From Candidatus Iainarchaeum sp. (lineage in GTDB: Archaea; Iainarchaeota; Iainarchaeia; Iainarchaeales; VGJJ01), in NCBI GenBank assembly GCA_043803765.1, contig JAZDJQ010000016.1:1-56949 (forward strand): a DNA stretch of 56,949 nucleotides, read 5' to 3'. The notes under the pieces are model-generated. The model was given only the letters and a program-made list of their open reading frames with translations. It searched no databases and was not told the origin of the DNA. Positions 8,466-18,075 of the stretch are shown here, one piece after another; within the stretch, counting starts at the first letter, position 1; each line of letters begins with the position of its first letter. The translations under genes and the position numbers were made by a program.

Positions 8466-11400
8466 GTGAATAACTGGAATGGTCATCTGCCTATGACGAC
8501 TAAACAAAAGACAGGAATTCCCTCGACAGGGGATACAAAAACACAACCGGCAGCACCGCGAATGGATACGACTGAAATTGATGAATTCATCCGCAAAAGT
8601 CTTCCTAAAACATGCCAAGTATCCCATGTTGATTTTGAAGGACCGGAGATTATTGTCTATACTAAGAATCCAAGCGCTTTTTTTGCATCAAGTGATAACT
8701 ATATTGCTAAAACAGCATTCGAATTAAAGAAAAAAATATCCGTACGCAGTGACAAAAGCCTTTTAGCAGACCCCTCTACGGCCAAAAGACAGATTGAAGG
8801 ACTGATTCCTATTGAGGCAGGAGTAAAAAACATTACATTCCTGGATGCATTCCACCAAGTGGTTATTGAAGCAGAGAAACCAGGACTGGTTATTGGAAAA
8901 GGAGGAGAAACAAGCAAAGGAATCGTCCTCAAAACAGGATGGACGCCCAAAATATTACGCGCACCCACTCACGACAGCGAATTTCTCACAGGGATACGCT
9001 ATCACTTACACAAACACGCAGGAGAAAGAAAAAAATTCCTACAAGAAAGCGCTCAACGCATTTATCGAAAAGCCACATCCAAACACGATTGGGTAAGACT
9101 CACAGGATTGGGCGCCTTTCGTGAAATTGGAAGAAGCTGCATGATGGTCGAAACACCCTTGTCTAAAGTCATCATGGACTGCGGCATTCACCCCGGTAAC
9201 AAGGATGACCCGTATCCCTATTTAGACGCGCTCAATTTCCCATTATCCGAACTCGACGCATTAGTTATTTCTCATGCGCACATGGACCATCAAGGATTTG
9301 CTCCTTACTTGTATCGAATGGGGTATCGCGGACCATTGTATTGCACCGAACCCACGCGTGATTTGATGGTGTTACTGCAATTTGATTACGTGGATGTAGC
9401 ACTCAAACAAGGAGTGGAGCCTCCTTACACGGAGAAAGATGTGAAAGAATTACTCAAGCATGTTATTGTGCGCGATTACAGAGAAGTAACGGATATTACT
9501 CCGGACATGCGCCTCACTTTTTTCAATGCCGCCCACATTTTAGGAAGCGCATCCGTGCATCTGCATGTAGGAGAAGGAGGACACAATATTTTGTACAGCG
9601 CGGATATGAAATACGGATTCACTCGACTCTTTGACCCAATGGATTTGAATTATCCACGAGTCGAAACAATGATACTCGAATCCACCTATAGCGGGGAGAC
9701 GGACATTCAACCTCCTCGTGAGATCGACGACCAACGACTGTACACAATCATTAAAGAAACACATGCCAATGGGGGAAACGTTCTCATCCCTGTTTTTGCT
9801 ATTGGACGAGGACAAGAAGTCACGCTTGTAATTGAAGATTTGTATCGAAAAGGATTTTTGCCCGGCGCCCGAGTATACGTGGACGGGTTAACGCGAGAAG
9901 CAAGCGCTATTCATACCGCGTATCCTGAATATTTACGACAAAATGTCCAGCGGCGCATTTTACAGAATGATTCTCCTTTTACCAGCCCCGTATTCCACAT
10001 GGCAACCCACAATGAAAGAGAACAAATCCTATCAGAAGGAAAAGCCATCATTCTTGCATCAAGCGGAATGCTCAATGGAGGAGCAAGCCTGGATTATTTT
10101 TACCGAATGGCCGAAGACGAGAAAAACGCGCTCGTATTTACCGGTTATCAAGGAGAAGGAACACTCGGAAGGAAACTTCAAGGAGGCATTCAAAACATTC
10201 CCGTAGCAGACAGCAGTGGAAAAACAAAAGAACTGAATATTAGAATGCGCGTAGAAAGCCTAGAGGGATATTCTGTTCCCTATGAAACGGAATTATTCAT
10301 CAAACAAAATGGTGAATTCAAGCTGGCACAAATTGGAAAAATTGGTGATGATTATTTTGATTCGGAAGAAGAAGGCATGAAGGATCTGAACGGTGTTCTG
10401 GTTCCAGCCTTTGATGAGAATGGAGTGGTTGACTTACATCCTGCTTCACACATTATCAAGCACAAGACTACAACTCCCCATTTGTTTATTCAAACAAAAT
10501 CAGGAAGAAGCGTACAGGCATCTAGAGGACATAGTGTGTTTGTCTTGCGAGATGGAGAAGTCAACACCATTAAAACAGGGGAATTAAAAGAAGGGGATTA
10601 CTTGGTTATTCCGTCCAAGGTTCCCGAGTCCCATACTCTAACGGAAGTAGTGATGGCGAATCATGTCAAAAATACGAATTATGGCATTCATGAAGATGTA
10701 TTCATTCCAAAAAAAGGGGGGAATGTGTCTACTCCCAACGTTAATGGATTCCTCAAGACTCATTGCCGGGACATGAAAAGTCTCGCACGATTTTTAGGGT
10801 ATTATATTGCAGAAGGACACATCGATTATGGAAAATGCGACCGGCCAACTCTCAGTTTTGGGTCTCATGAAACCGAAACACTTGTCCAAGACGCACGAGA
10901 GTGTATCCGAAAAGCATTTGGATTGGAAACGAGCACACATTGGCCTCATCCTACTGCAATTCAACTACGAATAAACAATTCATTACTCGCCGAATTCCTT
11001 GATGATATCCGGGTTGGTCGAGGAGCCAAAAACAAACGAATTCCTACTATTGTGTACAATTTTTCTATAGAAAACCAGCGCGAGTTTTTGAGGGCATATT
11101 TTGCAGGAGACGGGAACCATTATCAAAATGGCAAAACAGGGAAAGGATATCTGGCAGCAAAGAGTGCAAGCAGGGAACTGGTATCCGATTTAGCCTATTT
11201 GCTATTACAGCACGGCATCGTCGCACGGATCAAAGGACCATTTGTTGAAAAAGAACGAATGTTAAACGGCAACAAAGTAAAGGAAACAACCACTTACAAA
11301 ATCTATTTTCCTGAAAAGGACTTTATTTCACAAGCGAAACCCATTGGTCACCTCCCTTTTGCTCTTCCCATCAAGGAAATTCAACTCGAAAAGATAATCA

Positions 11401-11867
11401 ATCTTATTCCTCAAGGAGATAAACGAAACGATGCCAAGGATTACCTGCACAACCTCAAAAAAGGGCGCACACTCATCGGGATACAAAAATTACGCACCCT
11501 CTTTGATGGGGTGGAATCTAACCACCCTATTTTTCAAACGCTCCAGAAATTCCTGCATGGACACCTATTAGTAGACACCATTACTACTATCAAAGAAGTC
11601 AATCCTCCACTCTTTGAATACGATATTTCCGTTCCAGGAGTAGAAAATTTTATTGGAGGGCGAGGGGGAATTTGTCTGCATAACTCCGGCCACTCGGATC
11701 GAAACCAATTACTAAACTATATACGAAACGTTAATCCAAAACCCAAGAGGATTATTGTGGATCATGGAAACAAAATAAAGACAGTGGCATTCGCCAAATA
11801 TATAAGTCAAAAATTTGGAATCAGCAGTATGGCCATCCGAAATTTAGATACCATTCGCCTACGCTAA
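8466..11867 (+). CDS. fttA: beta-CASP ribonuclease aCPSF1 (FttA), intein-containing; start may be 8493 or 8562
   Basis: KH region (FEGPEI, KPGLVIGKGG), HAHMDH, AHILGS, ESTY, PVFAIGRGQE; spliced junction EGY/SGHSD; final DHG. Confidence 0.95.
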   Translation: MNNWNGHLPMTTKQKTGIPSTGDTKTQPAAPRMDTTEIDEFIRKSLPKTCQVSHVDFEGPEIIVYTKNPSAFFASSDNYIAKTAFELKKKISVRSDKSLLADPSTAKRQIEGLIPIEAGVKNITFLDAFHQVVIEAEKPGLVIGKGGETSKGIVLKTGWTPKILRAPTHDSEFLTGIRYHLHKHAGERKKFLQESAQRIYRKATSKHDWVRLTGLGAFREIGRSCMMVETPLSKVIMDCGIHPGNKDDPYPYLDALNFPLSELDALVISHAHMDHQGFAPYLYRMGYRGPLYCTEPTRDLMVLLQFDYVDVALKQGVEPPYTEKDVKELLKHVIVRDYREVTDITPDMRLTFFNAAHILGSASVHLHVGEGGHNILYSADMKYGFTRLFDPMDLNYPRVETMILESTYSGETDIQPPREIDDQRLYTIIKETHANGGNVLIPVFAIGRGQEVTLVIEDLYRKGFLPGARVYVDGLTREASAIHTAYPEYLRQNVQRRILQNDSPFTSPVFHMATHNEREQILSEGKAIILASSGMLNGGASLDYFYRMAEDEKNALVFTGYQGEGTLGRKLQGGIQNIPVADSSGKTKELNIRMRVESLEGYSVPYETELFIKQNGEFKLAQIGKIGDDYFDSEEEGMKDLNGVLVPAFDENGVVDLHPASHIIKHKTTTPHLFIQTKSGRSVQASRGHSVFVLRDGEVNTIKTGELKEGDYLVIPSKVPESHTLTEVVMANHVKNTNYGIHEDVFIPKKGGNVSTPNVNGFLKTHCRDMKSLARFLGYYIAEGHIDYGKCDRPTLSFGSHETETLVQDARECIRKAFGLETSTHWPHPTAIQLRINNSLLAEFLDDIRVGRGAKNKRIPTIVYNFSIENQREFLRAYFAGDGNHYQNGKTGKGYLAAKSASRELVSDLAYLLLQHGIVARIKGPFVEKERMLNGNKVKETTTYKIYFPEKDFISQAKPIGHLPFALPIKEIQLEKIINLIPQGDKRNDAKDYLHNLKKGRTLIGIQKLRTLFDGVESNHPIFQTLQKFLHGHLLVDTITTIKEVNPPLFEYDISVPGVENFIGGRGGICLHNSGHSDRNQLLNYIRNVNPKPKRIIVDHGNKIKTVAFAKYISQKFGISSMAIRNLDTIRLR
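10272..11684 (+). mobile_element. Intein (471 aa) with LAGLIDADG homing endonuclease in aCPSF1
   Basis: Starts SVPYETELF; block B ASRGHSVF; FLGYYIAEGH and FLRAYFAGDG; ends YDISVPGVENFIGGRGGICLHN before Ser+1. Confidence 0.93.
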
Positions 11868-12182
11868 CACCTTTTTCCTCACCACTATTTTGCCCAAATT
11901 GTTATGTTTTGGATAAAATGGGTTTAATCGTTCATTCTACTTATTTTTTCATCCAATTTACATAATTTTTAGGGGTTTTTCCCTTTTTCACAAAATGCCC
12001 CAAAATCGAAATACATAACTCGCTTTTTTTGCATTTTTCAAAACAATCTCCATTCTAAAACAATCTTTGCCAAAAATAGAGTTATACACAAGAAAATATG
12101 GTTAATTAACGCTTATTTTTGTCTTAATTAGGTGTATTCTACTTGTAATTTAAAATAAAGGCTAATTTGGGCTTTTTGTCCA

Positions 12183-12195
12183 AAAGATATATATA
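12183..12195 (+). promoter_or_regulatory. BRE/TATA box upstream of candidate ncRNA
   Basis: AAAGATATATATA about 20-25 nt before the onset of a GC-rich structured tract. Confidence 0.5.
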
Positions 12196-12214
12196 CTTGG
12201 AGTAGGTTAGAAAA

Positions 12215-12463
12215 GCAGAGCGGGTTTTCCGGGTCAGCCCCTATTAGGAGGGGGATCTGAAAACACCTCTAGCGGTCCTGTGTGCGAGTCACCTATCCCC
12301 CTGTTAGGGACTGGCAAATCATGAAACAGGCCAGAAAGGGAGGGTATGAACCAATCGTGCGCAACCCCCTGTGCTCATTGGGTCGCCCCCCATTTCACTT
12401 CAAGCAGAAAGAAATCCATTCTAAGGAGGACGGTCGCTTCCCCTGAAAGGCCGTCTCCTTTTT
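12215..12463 (+). ncRNA. Structured non-coding RNA candidate, possibly a divergent SRP RNA
   Basis: GC-rich ORF-free island after an AT-rich spacer; several stems; CAGGCCAGAAAGGGAG resembles SRP helix 8; terminal hairpin plus T-run. Confidence 0.55.
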
Positions 12464-12490
12464 CTTACAATTGATGGTGGGGATTAGAGA

Positions 12491-13009
12491 ATGTCGCCAC
12501 CCAAAAAATCTCCCAAATCAATTGTTATTGGCATCACGGGAACGCCCGGCACAGGAAAGACCTATTGGGCGAAAGTCATTCAACCCATACTAACTGCCAA
12601 CATCGTATCCGATAATGATGTTGCGCGAAGAAGCGGGGCAGGGTCATATGATTCCTCTTCCAACGAAGTTGAAGTAGACATAACTGCGTTGCGGAAAATA
12701 TTAATTCGAAAAATAAAAAACACTCATCACTCTCTCATTATTGAAGGGCATCTTCTATGCGAAATGAGTCTCCCTCTAAACGGATTGATTATTCTCACAT
12801 GTCCTGTTCCCATTCTGCAAAAAAGACTACGTAAACGAAAGTATTCCGATGTCAAAATACTAGACAATTGTTTCTGCGAAGAAACCCATTATTGTCTCAA
12901 AAAAGCGAAAAAAAACTATCCCCATATTCCCAAATGGAAAGGGTCTACCCATAGGGCTAAAAAGGTCATTCGTGCTGAATTACTGGAGTGGATTCGTCGA
13001 ATTCATTGA
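12491..13009 (+). CDS. AK6/Fap7-type adenylate kinase
   Basis: ITGTPGTGKT, IIEGHL, LQKRLRKRKYSDVKILDN. Confidence 0.85.
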   Translation: MSPPKKSPKSIVIGITGTPGTGKTYWAKVIQPILTANIVSDNDVARRSGAGSYDSSSNEVEVDITALRKILIRKIKNTHHSLIIEGHLLCEMSLPLNGLIILTCPVPILQKRLRKRKYSDVKILDNCFCEETHYCLKKAKKNYPHIPKWKGSTHRAKKVIRAELLEWIRRIH

Positions 13010-13022
13010 AAGGGGGATTATC

Positions 13023-14282
13023 GTGAAATACGTGCTCATCATTCTACTTGTTCTCGCCCTGCTCGGGGGAAACGTTCAGGGAATTATCATCAATGAAAAT
13101 AAAATGAACGAGTTAGGATTTTCACCTATTTCTATTACTTCTTCGAATCAAATGGCGTGCGATTCATTCTCTTTCCTAGCAGATGACACTTACTTTCTCC
13201 AAGGAAATGACACCATGGTACGATTTGGAGCAGTCATTCTTCCATTCTCTGAAAAAGATGCAAACGTTACTCTTTATCTAAATCAAAATGAGGAACCGGA
13301 ACACCTTTTCACTCCATCTGATGTGCACCCTGATTCCAAAATGATAACATGGCGCATTGCTTCATCCCATTTAATCAAAGGAGAAAATACGATTACGATT
13401 TGCGGAAAGGCATCTCCCTCAACCGAAAGTATTACATTATCCCCCGGAACAATTGGACTATACCAGCAAGCCCGATTTGATGAAGAAGGGAGCTTCGCTA
13501 CGTATGTTGTAGGAAACAATCCTATTTTGGGAGTGGAAATTCCCATTCAACTCTATCTTCATAATGATGGTGCCGAATCTACACTTGTAAAAGTAGATTA
13601 TCGTAAATACGAATTAGACTATGTGCCATTACTCAAAGGAGAAACAGGATTTCAAGACACGCTGGGAAAAGAAGAATCCCGCACAATCACCTATTATATC
13701 AAACCATTGCATGCCGTTTCCATTCTTCTTCCACCCGCCGTACTAACGTATACTACTATTTTTGGAGAAAAAATAACACAATATTCGACACGCGCTTACC
13801 TTGAAGTAGCTCCCCCCGCATTCAACGTTTCAGGTGCATTCCTCATTCCGGCCAACCGCGTCCGAGTAGGAGAAACGACTACTATTGATTGGGTTGTTCA
13901 AAATGAAGGAATCGATACCATTCATGGAATAAACGCCCAATTCTTTGTTCAACCTAATAATGGGGTAAAACTAAGTCCTCTTACGATTGATTCTCTTTCG
14001 CCCGCTAAAGCAGTATCCCGTTCTTTCTCCATTGTATTTCAAGAGCGTGGAACGTATGAGATAGGGTGCACGCTCTACTCTATGGAAGACGCGTCTCTCA
14101 CCACGAATTGCCGAAGCGTAACGATTGAAGTAGTAGAAGAAAACACAGGGATTGCCCTATTGTTTTCCCTATTGTTATTATTCATTGCAGTAGGCGTGTA
14201 TACATACATTTACATATTACCTGACAAAAAACCGTCCATCGAGGAAAAAAAGAAGAAAAGAAGATTCCAGCATGTTGAATAA
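13023..14282 (+). CDS. Secreted Ig-like (CARDB/BatD-like) protein with C-terminal TM anchor
   Basis: Signal peptide after GTG start; LHNDG and VQNEG Ig-like modules; TM helix plus basic tail. Confidence 0.7.
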   Translation: MKYVLIILLVLALLGGNVQGIIINENKMNELGFSPISITSSNQMACDSFSFLADDTYFLQGNDTMVRFGAVILPFSEKDANVTLYLNQNEEPEHLFTPSDVHPDSKMITWRIASSHLIKGENTITICGKASPSTESITLSPGTIGLYQQARFDEEGSFATYVVGNNPILGVEIPIQLYLHNDGAESTLVKVDYRKYELDYVPLLKGETGFQDTLGKEESRTITYYIKPLHAVSILLPPAVLTYTTIFGEKITQYSTRAYLEVAPPAFNVSGAFLIPANRVRVGETTTIDWVVQNEGIDTIHGINAQFFVQPNNGVKLSPLTIDSLSPAKAVSRSFSIVFQERGTYEIGCTLYSMEDASLTTNCRSVTIEVVEENTGIALLFSLLLLFIAVGVYTYIYILPDKKPSIEEKKKKRRFQHVE

Positions 14283-14471
14283 CACTTTTATAAGGGAAGG
14301 GCATCCTATGTTCAGTAGCATTCGATACACCGAGTTTGAATACATGAATTCATTTCACACTACCCCTTTTTGTTATTTTTTCATTCCATTACGAAAAATG
14401 ACCACATTATTCTTTTCAGGAATTTTGAGCAAAATTCCATTAAACCCATTTTGGAGATTGGAGGAAATACT

Positions 14472-14825
14472 ATGATGAATGAACAGAACCCCTATCGTGA
14501 ATCCCGAAGGAGAGACTTTGGACCGGTTCCAGTAAAGGAAGGAGAAACCTATGAAGTTACTATCGAAGGCATAGGAGAAAAAGGAGATGGTATTGCCAAA
14601 ATCCAAGGGTTTGTGATTGTCGTACCTAAAACACAACAAGGACAACACGTCAAAGTACGGATTACCGCCGTGCGGGGAAAAGTAGCATTTGGCGAAGTGG
14701 TGGGAACTGCCGATTCTGCAATGGAAGATAATTCACTCCAAAATGAGGAAGCAACACTTCCAACCACTCCTGATGAAGAAATAGAGGATGATTCCCTAAC
14801 AGAAGCGGAAGAAGAAAACGAATAA
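14472..14825 (+). CDS. Single TRAM-domain RNA chaperone
   Basis: PVKEGETYEVTIEGIGEKGDGIAKIQGFVIVVP; acidic tail; GGAGG SD. Confidence 0.92.
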   Translation: MMNEQNPYRESRRRDFGPVPVKEGETYEVTIEGIGEKGDGIAKIQGFVIVVPKTQQGQHVKVRITAVRGKVAFGEVVGTADSAMEDNSLQNEEATLPTTPDEEIEDDSLTEAEEENE

Positions 14826-14829
14826 TAAC

Positions 14830-14878
14830 AGGAGACGGGGTCACTCCGGCCCCGGAATCCGTTTCTTTTTATTTTTCA
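14830..14878 (+). terminator. Hairpin plus T-tract after TRAM gene
   Basis: GGAGACGG...CCGTTTCT stem followed by TTTTATTTTT. Confidence 0.5.
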
Positions 14879-14881
14879 CAC

Positions 14882-14930
14882 TACATCAAACCGTTTTAAT
14901 TTCTAAACTTTTTTCGAACGGTTTGCTATC
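14882..14930. repeat. Solo copy of 49-bp palindromic dispersed element (unit B)
   Basis: Reverse complement matches units at 28390-28438 and 50578-50626. Confidence 0.85.
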
Positions 14931-14931
14931 A

Positions 14932-15690
14932 TTATTTTTTCTTACGTTTCTTTAGCTTACGCGCCGGTGCATTACTATTTGATAGCTGGCTTTTTCGAGT
15001 GTTTCCTAATACTCCGCTTGAACGCACTGTTTCACTCATCACAATGTACAATGTCATCCACCACAAATAGGACGCAATGCCAAGGAAGACAACCGACAAT
15101 GCATTAAACTCGGGAAGAGAAAGAAGCGTGACAATTCCCACAAGAACAATTCCATACCCTATCATCAGAATCCAAGAAATCCAATACTTGGCTGTTCCCA
15201 CTACGCGCAAAATCTTTTCAAATGAAAACGCACTGCTCACTCTCTTGTCATGCGCATACAATTGTACTCCTACCGGCAACATAATTGCCGCGATAATGAA
15301 CAAAAATAGCGCGATCGACCCAATAATGGCTCCTCCAATAGCAAGAAACATTACTCCTTGCACGGACGCTCCAATATTGAGCGGAATATTACGAATGATT
15401 TCCATAATCAAAGGAAGAGATGCCGCCGCCCCGAACAATAATACAAGAAGCGCGGGCAAAAAGAACAAAATAGCAATAACAAAAACAATCAATCCCGAAA
15501 GAAAAGAATCAACAAAGTCATCAAACATGGGCATGCGGTCATTCTGATGAAATGTCCTCCGGGAGAGTTCAATCCCTAACCCGTGCAACAAAGGCCTTGT
15601 TGGAGGAAAAATGGCAAACAACACCCCTAGCACAATCGTCACGGGATCCGCCCGCAAGGGCCGCTTGACCGCCTCAACAAAATCAACCAT
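14932..15690 (-). CDS. DUF4013-like multi-pass membrane protein
   Basis: MVDFVEAVKRP, MPMFDDF, SAFSFEKILR, several TM helices; GGAGG SD. Confidence 0.7.
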   Translation of the reverse strand: MVDFVEAVKRPLRADPVTIVLGVLFAIFPPTRPLLHGLGIELSRRTFHQNDRMPMFDDFVDSFLSGLIVFVIAILFFLPALLVLLFGAAASLPLIMEIIRNIPLNIGASVQGVMFLAIGGAIIGSIALFLFIIAAIMLPVGVQLYAHDKRVSSAFSFEKILRVVGTAKYWISWILMIGYGIVLVGIVTLLSLPEFNALSVVFLGIASYLWWMTLYIVMSETVRSSGVLGNTRKSQLSNSNAPARKLKKRKKK

Positions 15691-15821
15691 TTCTGATTCC
15701 TCCTTCCAGTATGAAGTAACTAATCCCAGCAACGGGTTGCCGTTTATAAACCACTTCCTTTTTCACTCTACGTGAAATACCCCTCTTCTATTAAATGGAG
15801 AATTAAACACAAGGAGTAAGC

Positions 15822-16346
15822 ATGCCAACCCTTCCTACCCGACCGGTCAAAAAATATCATCGTCCCCACAAACCGCCTGTCGAGAAAGCGTGCGGTGCGA
15901 TCATTTATCGTGGAAAAAAATTCTTATTATTACGTCCTACACGCTCACGTTATTGGAGTGCGCCCAAAGGACGAATGGAAAAAGGAGAAAATGAGGAACA
16001 GACTGCTCGAAGAGAAGTATTTGAAGAGACAGGACTGAAAAATATTGTATTCTATCCAAAATTTAGACGAGTGAACGTGTACACGATGATGCGCGAACAC
16101 GGTCCTATCGAACGACATGTTATATTCTTCCTAGGAGAAACCAAAAGCGGAGATGTTAAACTATCGGATGAACATAACGCGTTTGAGTGGTTAGGATTCG
16201 AAGAATCCATTCATCGAGTAAAGTTTCCAGCGCTCAAAGCGATTATGTTTGCTGCCGCCAAGACGATTGACCCGGGGTTTATTTTAACACCCCAATCGAA
16301 GAAAAATGAGGATAAGAATCGCTCCAACTTAAAAACGGAGAAGTGA
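15822..16346 (+). CDS. Nudix hydrolase (Ap4A hydrolase-like)
   Basis: Nudix box GRMEKGENEEQTARREVFEETG; LSDEH. Confidence 0.9.
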   Translation: MPTLPTRPVKKYHRPHKPPVEKACGAIIYRGKKFLLLRPTRSRYWSAPKGRMEKGENEEQTARREVFEETGLKNIVFYPKFRRVNVYTMMREHGPIERHVIFFLGETKSGDVKLSDEHNAFEWLGFEESIHRVKFPALKAIMFAAAKTIDPGFILTPQSKKNEDKNRSNLKTEK

Positions 16347-18052
16347 TGATAATGAGCATGCATACTTCACACTGGTTAGGATTATTGGGAATAGGAATAC
16401 TATTATTCGGCGGATGCATTAACGGGGGAAATCAACCCGTTCCACCTGATGGACAAGGAAACATATTACCGCCATCCTCTATCGAAAGCGGATGGTGGAT
16501 GTATTCCCCATCCCAAGCAGACGTGAACCCGTGGCAAGTAGTTGACATTCCATTCAACAAACAAAAAGAAGAATACGCACAAGTAGTAGATTGGATTGAG
16601 TTCAATAACATCCAAACCGATGCTATTGGATTTATTCAAGGAAATGAAATAACATGTGCTGCACTCAATTGCCCAAGAGGAGATTATTTAATTGTCAAAC
16701 CAACAGATGCACCTGCACGCATATTTTTTGAACAAAATGGATTTACTCCCTATGTTGGAGCAGGAATATTCGCCCACGTTGAAGAAAATAATATTTCCAC
16801 CACCATTTTCAACGCGACTCAAAATTCTATTTACTTTGGAGGATGCAATGATTTCATTCCAGCCAAAAAAATAGGAACCGATTTCATTCCTCAACCTATT
16901 CAAACATGCGTATGGGAAGGAATCCCCCACGTGCTTGAGAAAGGAAAATTCCAAACCACCGAATGGACGCCCGCAGCCAACGGAGAATACAAAATGCTTT
17001 TTTCCTATGGAATAGGTTGCATGTCCGATACCCCACTAAGTGAAGCCAAATGCACTCACATGGAAGAAGTTAACTCTCTTCCCATCCTCTTCACGCATGC
17101 TCTAACCACAAACCTCATGACATTTTCCCATTCTATACTGGGTGGTGGAAAAAATGACTGGCAGACACTATCGGACGAGATCGGATCCGAAACCAATTCT
17201 TTACTATTCGAAGAATGGTTAAACATGCATGGCATTTACCCCAACTCCATTACATTTATTCCTTCTCCCGAAACGTCTTCCTGTTCATCCACCGACTGCA
17301 CGATTGGTACGTTTCGCATCGTCGCATCCTCGTATGACAAAGAAGCATTGGAATCAATTGGTTTCACGTGGAACGGATTCTATTCCCAAGTACAGGCTAC
17401 CCCAAACTATGACGCAGCACAATGGTTTGTGGGAACACCTTACCAATGCTTTGCAAACAAATGGAACGTTGGAATGACCCCCGTTCGCTCAATTGGAACG
17501 GATTTCCAAAACATGAAAACATGGCTCGAATCAGAAGGAATTACGGTTAATTACATTGCCCTCATTCGAGGATTTAGTTTGAGTCAACAATGCAACAAAC
17601 TATCCAATGACAAATATGCCGTTGGCACAACCGATGAAGATAGTGCATTTATCCTTCCCTCACTAGGATTTGCAGCAGCAGGACTAACACAAATCAAATT
17701 ATTCACCGATACCACCAATGAAGAACCACTCGCACTCATCTACAAAAGCAAATTCTGCTACATCCCACCATGGGGAGAACCCGGAATGACGATTGGAAGC
17801 GAAGACAAAATTGTGCAACGCGCAACAGAATGGTTAGCCGAGAACGGCATACCTTCATTAGAAGGACCAACGCTTTACTCAATCAATCCTTCTACCACCG
17901 GGTCGTGCGACACCGATTCAGGAATGGCATTAAAAGTAACCCTTCCCGCATGGACAAAACCGCACCTATTAGCATTAGGATTTCAAGAACCATCCTATTC
18001 CTTCGAACAAACAAGTACACTCATCTATCCGCTTAATGAAGAAAATAACTAA
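16343..18052 (+). CDS. Putative lipoprotein with four internal Cys-containing repeats
   Basis: Lipobox-like LLFGGC; repeated W(L/I)xxxxI...C...GF units. Confidence 0.7.
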   Translation: MMIMSMHTSHWLGLLGIGILLFGGCINGGNQPVPPDGQGNILPPSSIESGWWMYSPSQADVNPWQVVDIPFNKQKEEYAQVVDWIEFNNIQTDAIGFIQGNEITCAALNCPRGDYLIVKPTDAPARIFFEQNGFTPYVGAGIFAHVEENNISTTIFNATQNSIYFGGCNDFIPAKKIGTDFIPQPIQTCVWEGIPHVLEKGKFQTTEWTPAANGEYKMLFSYGIGCMSDTPLSEAKCTHMEEVNSLPILFTHALTTNLMTFSHSILGGGKNDWQTLSDEIGSETNSLLFEEWLNMHGIYPNSITFIPSPETSSCSSTDCTIGTFRIVASSYDKEALESIGFTWNGFYSQVQATPNYDAAQWFVGTPYQCFANKWNVGMTPVRSIGTDFQNMKTWLESEGITVNYIALIRGFSLSQQCNKLSNDKYAVGTTDEDSAFILPSLGFAAAGLTQIKLFTDTTNEEPLALIYKSKFCYIPPWGEPGMTIGSEDKIVQRATEWLAENGIPSLEGPTLYSINPSTTGSCDTDSGMALKVTLPAWTKPHLLALGFQEPSYSFEQTSTLIYPLNEENN

Positions 18053-18075
18053 ATATAAAATAAATCATCCTACTT

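Noticed and set aside
11868-12182. AT-rich spacer as replication origin
   Set aside because: No ORB-like repeats seen and no orc1/cdc6 in the window
12215-12463. RNase P RNA, 5S rRNA or tRNA
   Set aside because: No GAGGAAAGUCC-type P4 signature on either strand, no 5S motifs and no cloverleaf
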